Shown here: positions 1 through 12,866 of the stretch, piece by piece
How the letters are laid out: every line of letters starts with the position of its first letter
Position numbering within the stretch: the stretch's first letter is position 1
Assembly (NCBI RefSeq): GCF_032444005.1
Contig: NC_091289.1
Coordinates: 30,256,001 to 30,320,000 of the forward strand
DNA: 64,000 bases
From: Ranitomeya imitator
Lineage: Eukaryota
Reading direction: 5' to 3'
Translations under genes and position numbers: made by a program
Notes under the pieces: generated by a model
Told to the model about the DNA's origin: nothing
Databases searched by the model: none
What the model saw: the letters and a program-made list of their open reading frames with translations, nothing else

Positions 1-1801
1 TGCATCTGCAGAGTGTCCTAACATCATCGGCACCGCTGAACCGTTAACGCAGGAGTGAACCGCGCCAGACAACCTCTTTAATAAATCATATGAACGCCTG
101 AGTCAACTAGTAATAATAATAATTAAAAAAAAAAAAAATCAAAGAGTCCATTTTACCGCTTCGGTGCTATAGAGCTGCTCCCACTACCATGCTCTCTTAC
201 TGATGGTGAAGGCCAAGCACCACTGGCCACCAACTGGGAGAACAGCTTACAAATGGGGGTTCCTACAGATCAATGGCTGCCCCCTTGCTCAACCAGCTTG
301 AAATATGCTTCTTCCATGCGCATGTGGAGTCTTTTTGCCGAATTTGCTTAGCGGAAACTCATAAGTTTTTGAGAAGTTTTGGAATTTGGAAGAGGTTTTG
401 CACAGTTTCCGCTCCAAAAACTCCTCCATATTTCAATATTGGCGCTATCCAGCACTCCTTACTAATGCAATTCGTTTGCATTAAAACCTCGCTAATCGAA
501 TTCTCAAAAATACAATGAATAAAAGATAAAGTGAAAGACTGTAATAAAAACCGAGGTGTGGATGAAGTCTTATACATCACGACTCGCTATCCGGCTTCTC
601 TGTGAAATAATTTGGCAAGTGACAAACGTTGATAACGAAAACAAGATTTCAGCTCCTGGAAGAGATGGTGTATGGAGCAGCGGCGACTGCATCATCTGGT
701 GTTGTTCTGTTGTATTCCCATAACGCTGTGTGGTGAGGACAGAACAGACACGGTCTCATGCGGGGAGAGAGCAGCTGTAGCCCAGGTGTGTGCAGGCACC
801 ACATGCAAGCACAATTCTGCTTTACTGCAAACTTCCGTATTCTTCTCCTCTTCAGTCAGTGAGCCCTTCTAATTTTAAAACTGACCTGAGCACCTCCTTA
901 AAACATGGTATCCCCCTCGCAAGGATATGCCGACATTTAGTGATAACTTTTACCCTGCATGGCAGTGCTCCTGACCCCCTGGCGGTTCCCCTGACTCCCT
1001 GGCAATGCTCCCGACCCCTTGGCGGTGCCTTTTGCAGGGGATGCAGCACTGAAGAAATGATTCTGCTCCTTCAATTTGTGGGGGTCCCAAGTCTCAGCTT
1101 TCAAGCAATGATTAAAGTGATGGTATATCCAAGTCATAGATTATTACTCTCTGAGATGGGAAGATTATTAATCACTGAGATGGGAATACCCCTATAAAAG
1201 TTTATTCTCCAAATCACCAGTTATTCTTAACCATTAGACATGGGTAGCTTGCTGATCGCTGGGGATTCGATCACTGGAAACCCCAACGATTCTGAGATTG
1301 AGGCTCTAAAACCCCCCAAAATGAGAATCTGCAGCCCTATCTGGAATGAAGCGGAGATGTAAATGGTTTACCTCCACTCCATTCACTGTCTATAGGACTG
1401 ACGACAATAGCTGAGGCTTGTAGTCTGCTGGCAGTCCCATTATCTATACTGTCACATGGCGTTCACTCTTCATTTATAGAATCAGTGGAAGTCCTAGTGC
1501 TCGGATCCCACAGATCTGTACCTTGAGCTCAGTGACAGGAATGGTGGGAAACCCTTTAAAATAGGCTAACCAACCAAATCTACTTATCACCTATCCTCAT
1601 GTTTCGTTGTGGGGTCGGGGTGGGGGCACGTGAGATCAGGATTTCTTTCACAATGTCAGTGCATTACAGAAGTCAATGGTAAGGTAGTCACACATATGCA
1701 CCCCCGCTGCATCCCCATGGGGGGTACCCGGCCCATTCTACAACACAGACATATACAAAGACAGGACAAGGAGGCGCTATAATAGACCGCCAATCACATA
1801 C

Positions 1802-1988
1802 CAGTGTAATTAGCAGAGTAATTACTGGGGTCAAGGAACTTCTTCACTGGTTCGCAGCCGCTAAGGATATGATTGGAGGTGATGTGGCTCAGATAATTCT
1901 GAAGTCCTTTCTGTCTCTCGGCTATGAATTCCCGGTCCATGTTACCTATCAGCTTCTTAGGAGGGAGAGGTAGACTTAATCCTGAGAT
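1802..1988 (-). CDS. PXK: PXK coding exon 4 (PX domain: ISGLSLPLPPKKLIGNMDREFIAERQKGLQNYLSHITSNHILSGCEPVKKFLDPSNYSANYT)
   Basis: Close match to recalled human PXK. AG acceptor at 1990-1989 after a pyrimidine tract, GT donor at 1801-1800, 187 nt, phase 0 to 1. Next exon not found in the window. Confidence 0.95.
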
Positions 1989-2100
1989 CTGGGGGGAAAA
2001 AAAAATCAAAAGGAAACAAAGTTCAAATGTTGCAAAAACCAAACTTAGAAGAGCAAATGCACAAAGCTGAGCCTGGACCTCGGGACACGAGGCAGGGAAA

Positions 2101-2480
2101 TCAGAGGCAGCACAACCGCACAGGCAGCGCACCCACAGAGGTAGTTCACCCGCAGAGGCAGCGCAACCCACAGAGGCAGCGCACCCGCAGAGGCAGCGCA
2201 CCCACAGACGTAGCGCACCCGCAGAGGCAGCGCACCCACAGACGTAGCGCACCCGCAGAGGCAGCGCAACCCACAGAGGCAGCGCACCCGCACAGGCAGC
2301 GCACCCGCACAGGCAGCGCACCCGCACAGGCAGCGTACCCGCACAGGCAGCACAACCCACAGAGCCAGCGCACCCGCACAGGCAGCGCAACCCACAAAGG
2401 CAGCGCGCCCACAGAGGCAGCGCACCCCACAGAAGCAGCGCACCCCACAGAGGCAGCGCCCCCCACAGAGGCAGCGCCCC
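2101..2480. repeat. Degenerate minisatellite, 17-18 bp unit (gcagcgcacccgcacag-like)
   Basis: Tandem periodicity read directly; lies in PXK intron 3. Confidence 0.85.
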
Positions 2481-2954
2481 CACAGAACGTTCTTATACAC
2501 TGCAACATTCCATGGCAGTTCTCTACTTTAACCCCTTCATATCGCAGCCATTTTCCATATTTTTCCTTTGCTGGATCTGTGTGTTGAGCTGTGGGGTTCA
2601 ATTGGTTCCATTTATGAGAGTCACAAGATGCAATGATCGCTATTTATTACATTTCTTTTAAGGCAGGTACAAACCCCCCAAAACTGCCATTTTGGCATTT
2701 CAACATTGGCTTTGCTTTATAGCGTACTTTATGGGATGAATAACTTTCCATTGTGATAAATCAGAGGTGAAAATGGCAAATATGCTTTATTTTATATACG
2801 GTAGGTAAAAGGAGATGATTTTATTTTATTACTTTTCATTGTATTTTTACCTTTGAGCTTGTGACTGTTCCAGTATAAAGTGCTAGGCTGCACAGGAGTA
2901 TCAAAATGTCAGCAACGTTGGCCTACTGATTGCATTGTAGAGAAGAGGTTGCGG

Positions 2955-3190
2955 TGGGCGATGGGCTGCCAGACGGACAGGAGGTTGGGGCAATGGGCTG
3001 CCAGGCGGAAGGGACATTGGGGCAATGGGCTGCCAAGCGGACGGGAGGTTGGGGCAATGGGCTGCCAGGCGGACGGGAGGTTGGGGCAATGGGCTGCCAG
3101 GCGGACGGGACGTTGGGGCAGGCAATGGGCTGCCAGACAGATACAAAGTTGGGGCAATGGGCTGCCAGACAGACGAGAGGTTGGGGTGGG
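2955..3190. repeat. 32-bp minisatellite (gggcaatgggctgccaggcggacgggaggttg), about 7-8 copies
   Basis: Recurring caatggg at 32-nt spacing (3023, 3055). Confidence 0.85.
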
Positions 3191-3496
3191 CTGCCTTTCA
3201 AGAAAATCTGCCACCATTCCTGACTTGCTAGTTTTAGTAAATAATACTATTTTCCATTAAATAACAATTCTGGAGCAGGTTTTCTTAAATCTGTGTCGTG
3301 TCGTTCCTCTGTTATTCCTCCTAGAAATAATGACGTTGGCAGCCTGGTGTCACCATTCCCCTGGTGAACAGGGCATGTCCCTGCAGTCTGGCACTATCAC
3401 CACTTGGATAGTGTGAGGGTGTGTAGGATCACGCCCCCGCCTGGTAACACTTGGCTGTCAATATTTTCTTTTTCCACCAGAATGTTATTTAAATAA

Positions 3497-4130
3497 CCTC
3501 AAGGAGTGTATCCCATGCCTAGAACCATGGCACTTCCAAACATTAGTGTGCACACGCCCTTGGAAAAAGCTTAAACGCGAAACGCGCGTCAGGGGTGCCA
3601 CAGTCATTTAAAAGGTACAGTACTCACCATCTTTACTTCCATCCCTAAGGTTTCCTATCCCTGTTCCTTACTATCATGCCCCCTTTTTTTTTGCTGTATA
3701 CACCATAATTAGGCACTAATTGAAAACTTTTTCATACTTTTTCTGTGGCTGAATCACATTGAGGCAGTTACCATTATAGGGATTGACAATGGAATATATT
3801 TAAGGATATTACAAACACTGTCATGGGGCTTGTTATATTTGGACTACTTCACTATGTATGATATATAAAAAAGATTTTTGTAAGCTTCATTGCTCCACAA
3901 ATTTATAAATATTTAATCTTCACTCCAATTCTAATAGCAGCTCCATTCTTAAAGGTGATGATTCACTTGTAATTTGTGTACCTTTTTTTTGGCTGTTTTT
4001 TTGCATATTGCTGTCCCCATACTAACTGGTTTTACTTTGAATCTTTTAATATTGTATCAATAAAAATTTTCATGTAATTTTATGGTATATAGCTTCCCGT
4101 CTATTTATTTGATTTATGTTATTTAAATAA
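3497..4130 (+). mobile_element. Probable Penelope-like retroelement 3' remnant
   Basis: Hammerhead-like motif near its start, AT-rich tail with aataaa, and direct repeat tgttatttaa flanking it (3483-3492, 4133-4142). Family assignment is inference. Confidence 0.5.
3557..3594 (+). ncRNA. Degenerate minimal type I hammerhead-like motif (U3-A8 variant)
   Basis: ccct-TGGAAAA-a-GC-ttaaac-GC-GAAA-C-gcgc-G-TC-aggg: stem I ccct/aggg, 2-bp stem II, palindromic GCGC loop III, GUC triplet; position 4 is G instead of U. Confidence 0.45.
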
Positions 4131-4249
4131 ATTGTTATTTAATGGAGAATAATATTATTTACTGATATAAGCTGTCCGGAATGGTGACAGATTTTCTTGA
4201 AAGGCAACCCACCTCCCCCTTTTATCCTCCAGCAGGTCTTCTGCTGTTC

Positions 4250-6085
4250 CGGAAGAGCAGAAGAACCGCCGGAGGGAGGGTCAGGAGCTGCAGAAGAACC
4301 ATCGGAGGGAGGGTCAGGAGGTGCAGAAGAGCCGCCGGAGGGAGGGTCAGGAGGTGCAGAAGAGCCGCCGGGGGGAGGGTCAGGAGGTGCAGAAGAGCCG
4401 CCGGAGGGAGGGTCAGGAGGTGCAGAAGAGCCGCCGGAGGGAGAGTCAGGAGCTGCAGAAGAACCATCGGAGGGAGGGTCAGGAGCTGCAGAAGAGCCGC
4501 CGGAGGGAGGGTCAGGAGCTACAGAAGAGCCGCCGGAGGGAGGGTCAGGAGCTGCAGAAGAGCCGCCGGAGGGAGGGTCAGGAGCTGCAGAAGAGCCGCC
4601 GGAGGGAGGGTCAGGAGCTGCAGAAGAACCATCGGAGGGTCAGGAGGTGCAGAAGAGCCACCGGAGGGAGGGTCAGGAGGTGCAGAAGAGCCGCCGGAGG
4701 GAGGGTCAGGAGGTGCAGAAGAGCCGCCGGAGGGAGGGTCAGGAGGTGCAGAAGAGCCGCCGGAGGGAGGGTCAGGAGGTGCAGAAGAGCCGCCGGAGGG
4801 AGGGTCAGGAGGTGCAGAAGAGCCGCCGGAGGGAGGGTCAGGAGGTGCAGAAGAGCCGCCGGAGGGAGAGTCAGGAGCTGCAGAAGAACCATCGGAGGGA
4901 GGGTCAGGAGCTGCAGAAGAGCCGCCGGAGGGAGGGTCAGGAGCTACAGAAGAGCCGCCGGAGGGAGGGTCAGGAGCTGCAGAAGAGCCGCCGGAGGGAG
5001 GGTCAGGAGCTGCAGAAGAGCCGCCGGAGGGAGGGTCAGGAGCTGCAGAAGAGCCGCCGGAGGGAGGGTCAGGAGCTGCAGAAGAGACGCCGGAGGGAGG
5101 GTCAGGAGCTGCAGAAGAGACGCCGGAGGGAGGGTCAGGAGCTGCAGAAGAGACGCCGGAGGGAGAGTCAGGAGGTGCAGAAGAGCCGCCGGAGGGAGGG
5201 TCAGGAGCTACAGAAGAGCCGCCGGAGGGAGGGTCAGGAGCTGCAGAAGAGCCGCCGGAGGGAGGGTCAGGAGCTGCAGAAGAGCCGCCGGAGGGAGGGT
5301 CAGGAGCTGCAGAAGAGCCGCCGGAGGGAGGGTCAGGAGCTGCAGAAGAGACGCCGGAGGGAGGGTCAGGAGCTGCAGAAGAGACGCCGGAGGGAGGGTC
5401 AGGAGCTGCAGAAGAGCCACCGGAGGGAGAGTCAGGAGGTGCAGAAGAGCCGCCGGAGGGAGGGTCAGGAGCTGCAGAAGAGCCGCCGGAGGGAGGGTCA
5501 GGAGCTGCAGAAGAGCCGCCGGAGGGAGGGTCAGGAGCTGCAGAAGAGCCGCCGGAGGGAGGGTCAGGAGCTGCAGAAGAGCCGCCGGAGGGAGGGTCAG
5601 GAGCTGCAGAAGAGACGCCGGAGGGAGGGTCAGGAGCTGCAGAAGAGACGCCGGAGGGAGGGTCAGGAGCTGCAGAAGAGACGCCGGAGGGAGGGTCAGG
5701 AGCTGCAGAAGAGACGCCGGAGGGAGGGTCAGGAGCTGCAGAAGAGCCGCCGGAGGGAGGGTCAGGAGCTGCAGAAGAGCCGCCGGAGGGAGGGTCAGGA
5801 GCTGCAGAAGAGCCGCTCGAGGGAGGGTCAGGAGCTGCAGAAGAGCCACCGGAGGGAGAGTCAGGAGGTGCAGAAGAACCGCCGGAGGGAGGGTCAGGAG
5901 CTGCAGAAGAGCCGCTGGAGGGAGGGTTAGGAGCTGCAGAAGAGCCGCTGGAGGGAGGGTCAGGAGCTGCAGAAGAGCCGCCGGAGGGTCAGGAGCTGCA
6001 GAAGAGCCGCCGGAGGGAGGGTCAGGAGCTGCAGAAGAGCCGCCGGAGGGAGGGTCAGGAGCTGCAGAAGAGCCGCCGGAGGATC
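4250..6085. repeat. 33-bp purine-rich minisatellite (ggagggagggtcaggagctgcagaagagccgcc), about 55 copies
   Basis: 11-aa periodicity in the + strand ORFs 4181-6196, 4197-5930 and 4321-6123. Confidence 0.95.
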
Positions 6086-7369
6086 AAGAGCTGCGATGCC
6101 ATAAGACAGGCAAGGACAGATGAGTATAAGGATTTTTTTTTTACTTTAAAACTTTATCAGTCCTCAAAAGAATCCAGTAAAATGGCGGCCGGCTAAATAT
6201 TTGCATATCAATTCAGCAAAAATGTTGGTTTCGCTAATATCCTAAAATGTTTTAAAAATCTACGATTCAATTCATTAAAGATTAATCTCGCTCCTCTCCA
6301 GGCCCTGCACTCAGACTGTTCAATAGTATTGACAAGGAAAACTGCAACGCCTAATTGTCATTGAACGCTTAGATTTCCAGGAGTAACAATAGAGGAATGG
6401 TGAAAGTAAAAATGTATATGTCTTTTTTGTGTTTTTATCAATTCATTATAGTACTTACTAAAAAGCAATAAATACATGTCAGGAGAGCTGAAAGCGAATC
6501 GCATCTGAATTTTGGAGCGAAGCTTTGTTTTAATGATGATGAATCAAACGATCAGATGAATAAAAGAAAAAAAAAAGTGCCACAAAGCGTTAATCATTTG
6601 TACACATCTGATTTCATAGAGTCACATTTCAATCAGGAAACTAGAGCGCCGGAATAAAGAGACTTTTGATCAGTGAGCGGATAAAGCGCAGAGAGCAAAT
6701 TTCTTTCATACCCGTAGCAAATGAGTGATTTTATCAGCAGTCCAGCTGACGGCCGCACCGGGGACTGATACAGAACAGCTGGTTCCAGGCTTAATTTAGA
6801 AAAATAATTATTAAATATGAATGCACGCATCAGATAAAAGCGCGCTTCTTCTTTAATAAGTGTCAGTGAGGACGGCTGCTGAGAAGAGCTGCAGTGACGC
6901 GTGTCTTCAGGCTGCTGGATAATGTTGCAGGGACAGACCTTAAAATAAGCCGTTCTGTTCCGCAGCAGCCTGGTTCTGTAACCTGAACTCGTAGTGCGCG
7001 CACGCAGGTGCCGCTCTTACGCCTCTGTGCATCATCTGTCCCAAAAATCCAATTTGTGCTCACTAAATAGGGAAGAAAAGCCCCGGCCCCTCTAACGAAG
7101 AAGAGATGAAGCGAGGACTCTGAGCGATGGAAATGATCAGTTCTGACAAGTGATTGAAGATCCAATTACACCTGGAACGAGGCACATTGGAGAGCAAAAA
7201 TGGCGAGAGATGAGATGGCGAGGCGCGAAGAGCACAACCGGGGTCATGGGTGGTGATCCGGTTCTCACGCGTGACACCTTCATGCATCGAAGCGCGGTCA
7301 CATCAGGGTCATTATGCAAAAAGCTGGATAAAAAAAAATGGATCCAAATTAGGCAGCATTTTCTCTTAA

Positions 7370-7604
7370 AGGGGTTGTCCATCATTTAAAAAAAGGCTCA
7401 CAGATATATAATGCTTTAAAAAAAAAAAAAAAAAAACACCTGCCGAAGCAGCGTAAGCCACTCGGGTCCAGAAAACATCACGCCGCAGTCCTGGAGCAGA
7501 CTAACGGAGCGGCCTGTGCTGGATCCACGGGGAGCGCCTCCGTGTGTTATTTTTAACCCCATCCATGCCGCTTGGAAAGTTTTAATTGAGATCAGACAAC
7601 CCCT
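7370..7604. mobile_element. T2/Kolobok-type MITE
   Basis: TTAA at 7366-7369 and 7605-7608; termini aggggttgtc / gacaacccct. Confidence 0.8.
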
Positions 7605-7717
7605 TTAAGAGTTGTAGGAGACAACTACTATTGGCAGCCACCATGGCATGTTTACTGTCGTGTCTGCCATGTCTAGGTATATGTAGCCCCCCGGATCCAG
7701 CATGGCGTGTACGGTAC

Positions 7718-7765
7718 CTGCAGGCTGTTGTTGAGCATGTCAAAGTCACTGTATCTTCTGATTAT
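7718..7765 (-). CDS. PXK: PXK coding exon 3 (IIRRYSDFDMLNNSLQ)
   Basis: PX-domain RRYSDF motif; ttgcag acceptor and gtaccg donor; 48 nt, phase 0. Confidence 0.95.
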
Positions 7766-8164
7766 CTGCAAGACACAACACAAATCACACATGAACCCGC
7801 CGTGGAGCCTTAGATGAGGGGAGAAGACAGTGCGGGGGTCCCGGTACGGAGACAGACTCATGGTACCGTAGTGCCTTGTGGGAGCCCCTGAGCACTTTAC
7901 TTCTAGCTGCACTAAGAGCCGCGCGGAAGGTGAAGCTGCCCCCGATGAGAAAATAACACATCATCTGCAATTACAATGATGGAGAATTGTTTTGTCGCCG
8001 TCGCTTTAATTTCTATTTCAGAAATCGATAGAACAAGAGAAAATAAGAAACTCTCTAATATGTCTTATCAGAGAAATTTCTCCTCCCAGACTGATCTCAA
8101 TTCAGGAGTAAAATCTGTATTCAGTGAAAACTAATATTCCCATTACCGAGATTGGAGAGGACTG

Positions 8165-8830
8165 TTGGTGCTCATAAAGTTCTATGGAGGAGGGAGGAGC
8201 TACAGACAGACATTCTGCAGACAAGAGATGACGGTTGGTGCTCATAAAGTTCTATGGAGAAGGGAGGAACTAGAGACTGACATTCTGCAGACAGGAGATG
8301 ACGGTTGGTGCTCAAAGTTCTATGGAGAGAGAACTGTAACTCCAATCTGCAGAATGTCTCTCTAGCTCCTCCCCCTCCATAGAACTTTATGAGCACCAAC
8401 TGTCATCTCCTGTCTGCACAATGTCTCTCTAGCTCTTCCCTCCTCCATAGAACTTTATGAGCACCAACTGTCATCTCCTGTCTGCACAATGTCTCTCTAG
8501 CTCTTCCCTCCTCCATAGAACTTTATGAGCACCAACTGTCATCTCCTGTCTGCAGAATGTCTCTCTAGCTCTTCCCTCCTCCATAGAACTTTATGAGCAC
8601 CAACTGTCATCTCATGTCTGCACAATGTCTCTCTAGCTCTTCCCTCCTCCATAGAACTTTATGAGCACCAACTGTCATCTCCTGTCTGCAGAATGTCTCT
8701 CTAGCTCTTCCATAGAACTTTGAGCACCAACTGTCATCTCCTGTCTGCACAATGTCTCTCTAGCTCCTCCCCCCTCCATAGAACTTTATGAGCACCAACT
8801 GTCCTCTCCTGTCTGCAGAATGCCTGTCTC
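8165..8830. repeat. 68-bp tandem repeat arranged as a palindrome (about 2.5 reverse units, then about 7 forward units)
   Basis: gagcacc recurs at 8391, 8459 and 8527; 8165-8330 is the reverse complement of the same unit. Confidence 0.85.
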
Positions 8831-9442
8831 TAGTTCCTCCCTTCATCTTGAGAATGAATGCGTTGTGGGCGTGCTGCGTCCGTTGGGAGTGCATCGACAC
8901 GCCCCCAATGCACTTTAAAGCTAATTTGCATGTGGCTTCAAAGCTCGATTTCTCAGCCCTGGAACATCGGATTACTAGAAGACAGGTGTCATTTTTATTG
9001 CTGTTCTAGGACCTGTGCAGCCAAACTATTAGGCTTAGTACTAAAAAATCCCTTTAAAAAAGATCCATATTTGAGTCCTGAGGGATGAAGAAAGCGAAGA
9101 ACCAATGAAAATTAAAAAGTATTGAATGTTTTTCATTCTGGGTGAAGACGCAGAATTAGCATGTAACGCCTACACCCTGTATGTTTATATGTGGCAGGAA
9201 ATAAACTGGGGTCCCGATAATTTGTGTTCCGCGTTGACACGATGGCGTCACATCGATTTCCCGCCGGCACGTCCACGCCGTGAATCTCGTTACAGTCGGT
9301 GTTAGAAAATGTCAGGACGGCGCCTTTTTCTCTCCGTCTTCTGGATACACAATGTTCTAGTGGACGGTGATATTAACGGCTGTGACTACGGGACGTGTGT
9401 GTAATGTAGAAGAAGACGGCGAGCGTGAAAGAGATGAATTAC

Positions 9443-9493
9443 CTGCCAGCTGTTCTCCATGGATATGCCTCGCTGGACACGTATGATGTATTC
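9443..9493 (-). CDS. PXK: PXK coding exon 2 (EYIIRVQRGISMENSWQ)
   Basis: Matches human EYIIRVQRGISVENSWQ; tttttgccag acceptor, gtaatt donor; 51 nt. Confidence 0.95.
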
Positions 9494-10824
9494 CTGGCAA
9501 AAACAAAGGAGCAGAAATGAGTAATTTCCCCCTCAATTCCTCCAAACATCGGCCCCGGCTTAGTCATATAACACGGAGCAAGAGTATAACGCCTACAACC
9601 ATCACCTTTAATGAAAAGACAAATAAAAAAAAAAACAGCGCCACATCTGTATAATGGCTGAATGTGGTACTGCAGCTCAGCACCGTCTATATCAAAGGAT
9701 GGCGCCATTTCTGTAAGAAAGCAGTTTTGATTTTTTTTTTCTAATTGTGGTCAACCATCTTAAAGCGGATCTGCCCCCAGATAATTGAATAGATCTCTTA
9801 GACCTAATGAGGCAGGTGTACTTACTAATCTATGCCAGAATATCTATGCCGGAATGGCTGTATCATTCTTTTTTAATCTTTCCTGTCCGAGATTGTCTGA
9901 ATGAGCTCTGGCCAGACTCAAATGCTGATCTTAATATCAAGATTATACAGCCATTCTAAAAATTGATTTTCAAAGTAAATACATTGGCCTCATCAGGTCT
10001 AACACCTGTTTAATAATTATGCAGTACGCATTGTTATATCGGCTCACAAATCGGCTTTACATGGGGTTTAAGGACAATTTTCTTTAAGTTAAATGCATTT
10101 TTTTGTAATAGGGTTTCAGTAAAAATGTTGCACCTTTTGGCTCTTGCCGTCACTACTTACCAGACACAGCCCAATGTACAATCGCTCACACCCGCACATT
10201 AGCCACAATGACCTATCGCTTATATTGAAGCATCTAATGAGCGTGTGCAAAAGTTACTGTGCAGGGAAGAGGCGGAGGGGAGCTGTGACGAGGTGCTATC
10301 AGCGTAATTTCTGCCTCTGATGATAAGGAAACTGCTGAAAACACTTTCAAAAAGGACCCAAATTCTGAGTCAAAATAAATTGCAAAAAAATAATTAAAAA
10401 AAAAAATTACATGTAACCCAAAAACATGATTTAAAACAATGGGACGTTTTCTGATAACAGCTTCCCTTTAAGCTGGAAAAAAAACAAGCTTTGCCGAATT
10501 CCAGTATGTAAATCTTGTAAGAATGTAAAAACCCTCGGCCCTCCAAAAACAACACGTCCACTGCTGTAATCACACATTAGATCACTGGATCCAAAAAGTT
10601 CAGTTCTCCAGAGCTGCTGGATGGCGGAATACAGGACGAGAAAGAAGAAAGATGTCAGAGTTGTCATTCTCTCACCAACCCCCGGAGTTACCTTTCTGGC
10701 AATTACCCAGATCTGTTCACCACTGGAAATAGCAGGAAATGGCTGGTTAGTCCATCGCTGGCTCTGAAAGGTCACTGCTATGGCCAGTGATCTAATCTAT
10801 TGTGTTCGCTACTGCATATAGTGG

Positions 10825-11460
10825 TGTTATCAGTCATTGTTCAGTAGGAGGAGGAGGAGGTGAGCTGTGACATCACCTATTGTGAATGGTGGATCCTGTG
10901 TTATCTACTGTATATAGCGGTATTATCAGTCATTGTACAGGAGGAGGAGGTGAGCTGTGACATCGCCTATTGTGAATGGTGGATCCTGTGTTATCTACTG
11001 TATATAGAGGTGTTATCAGTCATTGTACAGGAGGGGGAGGAGGTGAGCTGTGACCACCTATTGTGAATGGCGGATCCTGTGTTATCTACTGTATATAGAG
11101 GTGTCATCAGTCATTGTACAGGAGGAGGAGGAGGTGAGCTGTGATATCACCTATTATGAATGGTGGATCCTGTGTTATCTACTGTATATAGCGGTATTAT
11201 CAGTCATTGTACAGGAGGAGGAGGTGAGCTGTGACATCTATTGTGAATGGTGGATCCTGTGTTATCTACTGTATATAGAGGTGTCATCAGTCATTGTACA
11301 GGAGGGGGAGGAGGTGAGCTGTGACCACCTATTGTGAATGGCGGATCCTGTGTTATCTACTGTATATAGAGGTGTCATCAGTCATTGTACAGGAGGAGGA
11401 GAAGGTGAGCTGTGACATCACCTATTGTGAATGGTGGATCCTGTGTTATGTACTATATAT
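10825..11460. repeat. ~90-bp tandem repeat, about 7 copies (cagtcattgtacaggaggaggaggtgagctgtgacatcacctattgtgaatggtggatcctgtgttatctactgtatatag...)
   Basis: gtgagctgtga recurs at ~90-nt spacing (10860, 10950...). Confidence 0.9.
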
Positions 11461-12776
11461 ACACAAGTGTAACCCGTCATTATAATTCTGTCTAATGAGA
11501 CTGCTGGAAAATCTTCTCCACAAGATCTTTGGATTGGCGAGGGTCCCAGCTGTCAGACCCCCAGTGACTCATGAATAAACGATCATGTTCTCACATGCTG
11601 CTCTATTCCAGCAAGGTAACCCCAAAATTCCACCATGGTCCCTTTTCGGTCCCCAGGTGGAGGGTCACTTTAGAAGCCGTACAATATATGGTTTGCTACT
11701 TTACATGAACTTTTTCTAACTTTCCTAAAACCGTTCGCACACCATTTCCTGAGACCTCGGTTAGGAAAGCTGATGTGGAGCAATCTGGTCCCGGAGCGAC
11801 CACAGATTGTGAAATCCTGGCGCAGGGAAGAGGCAGGAAACGCTGGAGTATAAATCGCCACTTCTGCTGAATCAGACCGTACAGAGAAATGGAGAAACAT
11901 CGGAAGAGGACGAGCGGCAACAAAAACAGAAGAGAAGCTTACAAAATAGGAAAAGTGCAGGAAACGTGTAATCACTTATTGAGAAGAATGACTCCGACGA
12001 CTCCGTGCTTCCCGCGCAGGTTCAGCAACTGGGCTGTTTGTCGGGAAAAGAAAATGCAGCGTTTGCAAGATTTTCTCACGCGTAAAAAAAAAAAGTAATT
12101 AAGCAGTGTAAAGCATCGTGGAGACGAATGCACAAATAACATCCAATAAAGATAGGGGGTTACTATTATTGAAAGCACCCACTGAAATCAGTAATGTCTG
12201 CGTGATCTACTGGTGCTGGGAGTGGCCCGTAGCTTATAGGGGTATGCAGACCCCTAAAATATATGTAAATGAGATAACAATTGTCAGAGAAGGGGCATGA
12301 CTTGGCTGTGAAACCAAGCAGCCAGGCCCCTTCACACACAGCACTTATGACGAGTCAAGACCGCAAACAATCTCCTGTGTTAAGCAAGTGACCAGAAGCG
12401 AAGCTGGGACCAAAGCGGATACCTGTCGACAGGGGGTTTGGCATAAGTGAACTAGATTAGGAGGTTATATCTTCATTTTTAAGGTGCTCATTAATGAACA
12501 TTTTTTGGGAACCGGACAACCCCTTTAAGGTAATGGTTGGATAAGGAGACCTAAGTGCACAAGCCTCATCGGTCAGTGGAGATACCTATGCATGGTCGTA
12601 CAGATCATATACTGTAGCCATAGGGGTAGGAAAGTGATCCTGGTGTCTAAGGGGTGAACTATATACAGCACATGGTAACGGAGGGGTCCGGTTATATCTC
12701 TAAAATCCAGACCTGGGGGGGATCCGTCCACCTTCCTTTCAGACACTGGTGGTGGTGGCGATGATGGCGTTTTAAT

Positions 12777-12866
12777 CAGGGCTGTGGAGTCGGAGCCCAT
12801 TTTGGTGGAGTCGGAGTCATGGAAGTTGAGGAGTCGGAAGTTTGGCTTACCGACTCCACTGCCCTG
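12777..12866. mobile_element. 90-bp hAT-type MITE
   Basis: TIRs cagggctgtggagtcgg / ccgactccactgccctg; 8-bp TSD GTTTTAAT at 12769-12776 and 12867-12874. Confidence 0.9.

Larger units (their letters stand above)
3185..4213. mobile_element. Palindromic MITE-like element with ~84-bp inverted arms, interrupted by a Penelope-like insert
   Basis: 3185-3268 is an imperfect reverse complement of 4130-4213 (ggtgggctgcctttcaagaaaatctgccaccattcc / ggaatggtgacagattttcttgaaaggcaacccacc). Confidence 0.7.

Noticed and set aside
1-1790. Search for PXK exon 5 (EIALQQVSMFFRSEPKW...)
   Set aside because: No matching sequence seen; it presumably lies beyond the window start
1794-2483. 229-aa ORF as a single gene
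   Set aside because: Only 1802-1988 is coding (PXK exon 4); the remainder is intronic repeat
4181-6196. 671-aa, 577-aa and 600-aa ORFs on the + strand
   Set aside because: Translations of a stop-free 33-bp repeat; the ATG lies in a MITE arm; antisense to a PXK intron
8345-11460. Regular 68-bp and 90-bp repeats as CRISPR-like arrays
   Set aside because: No unique spacers, and the context is a vertebrate intron
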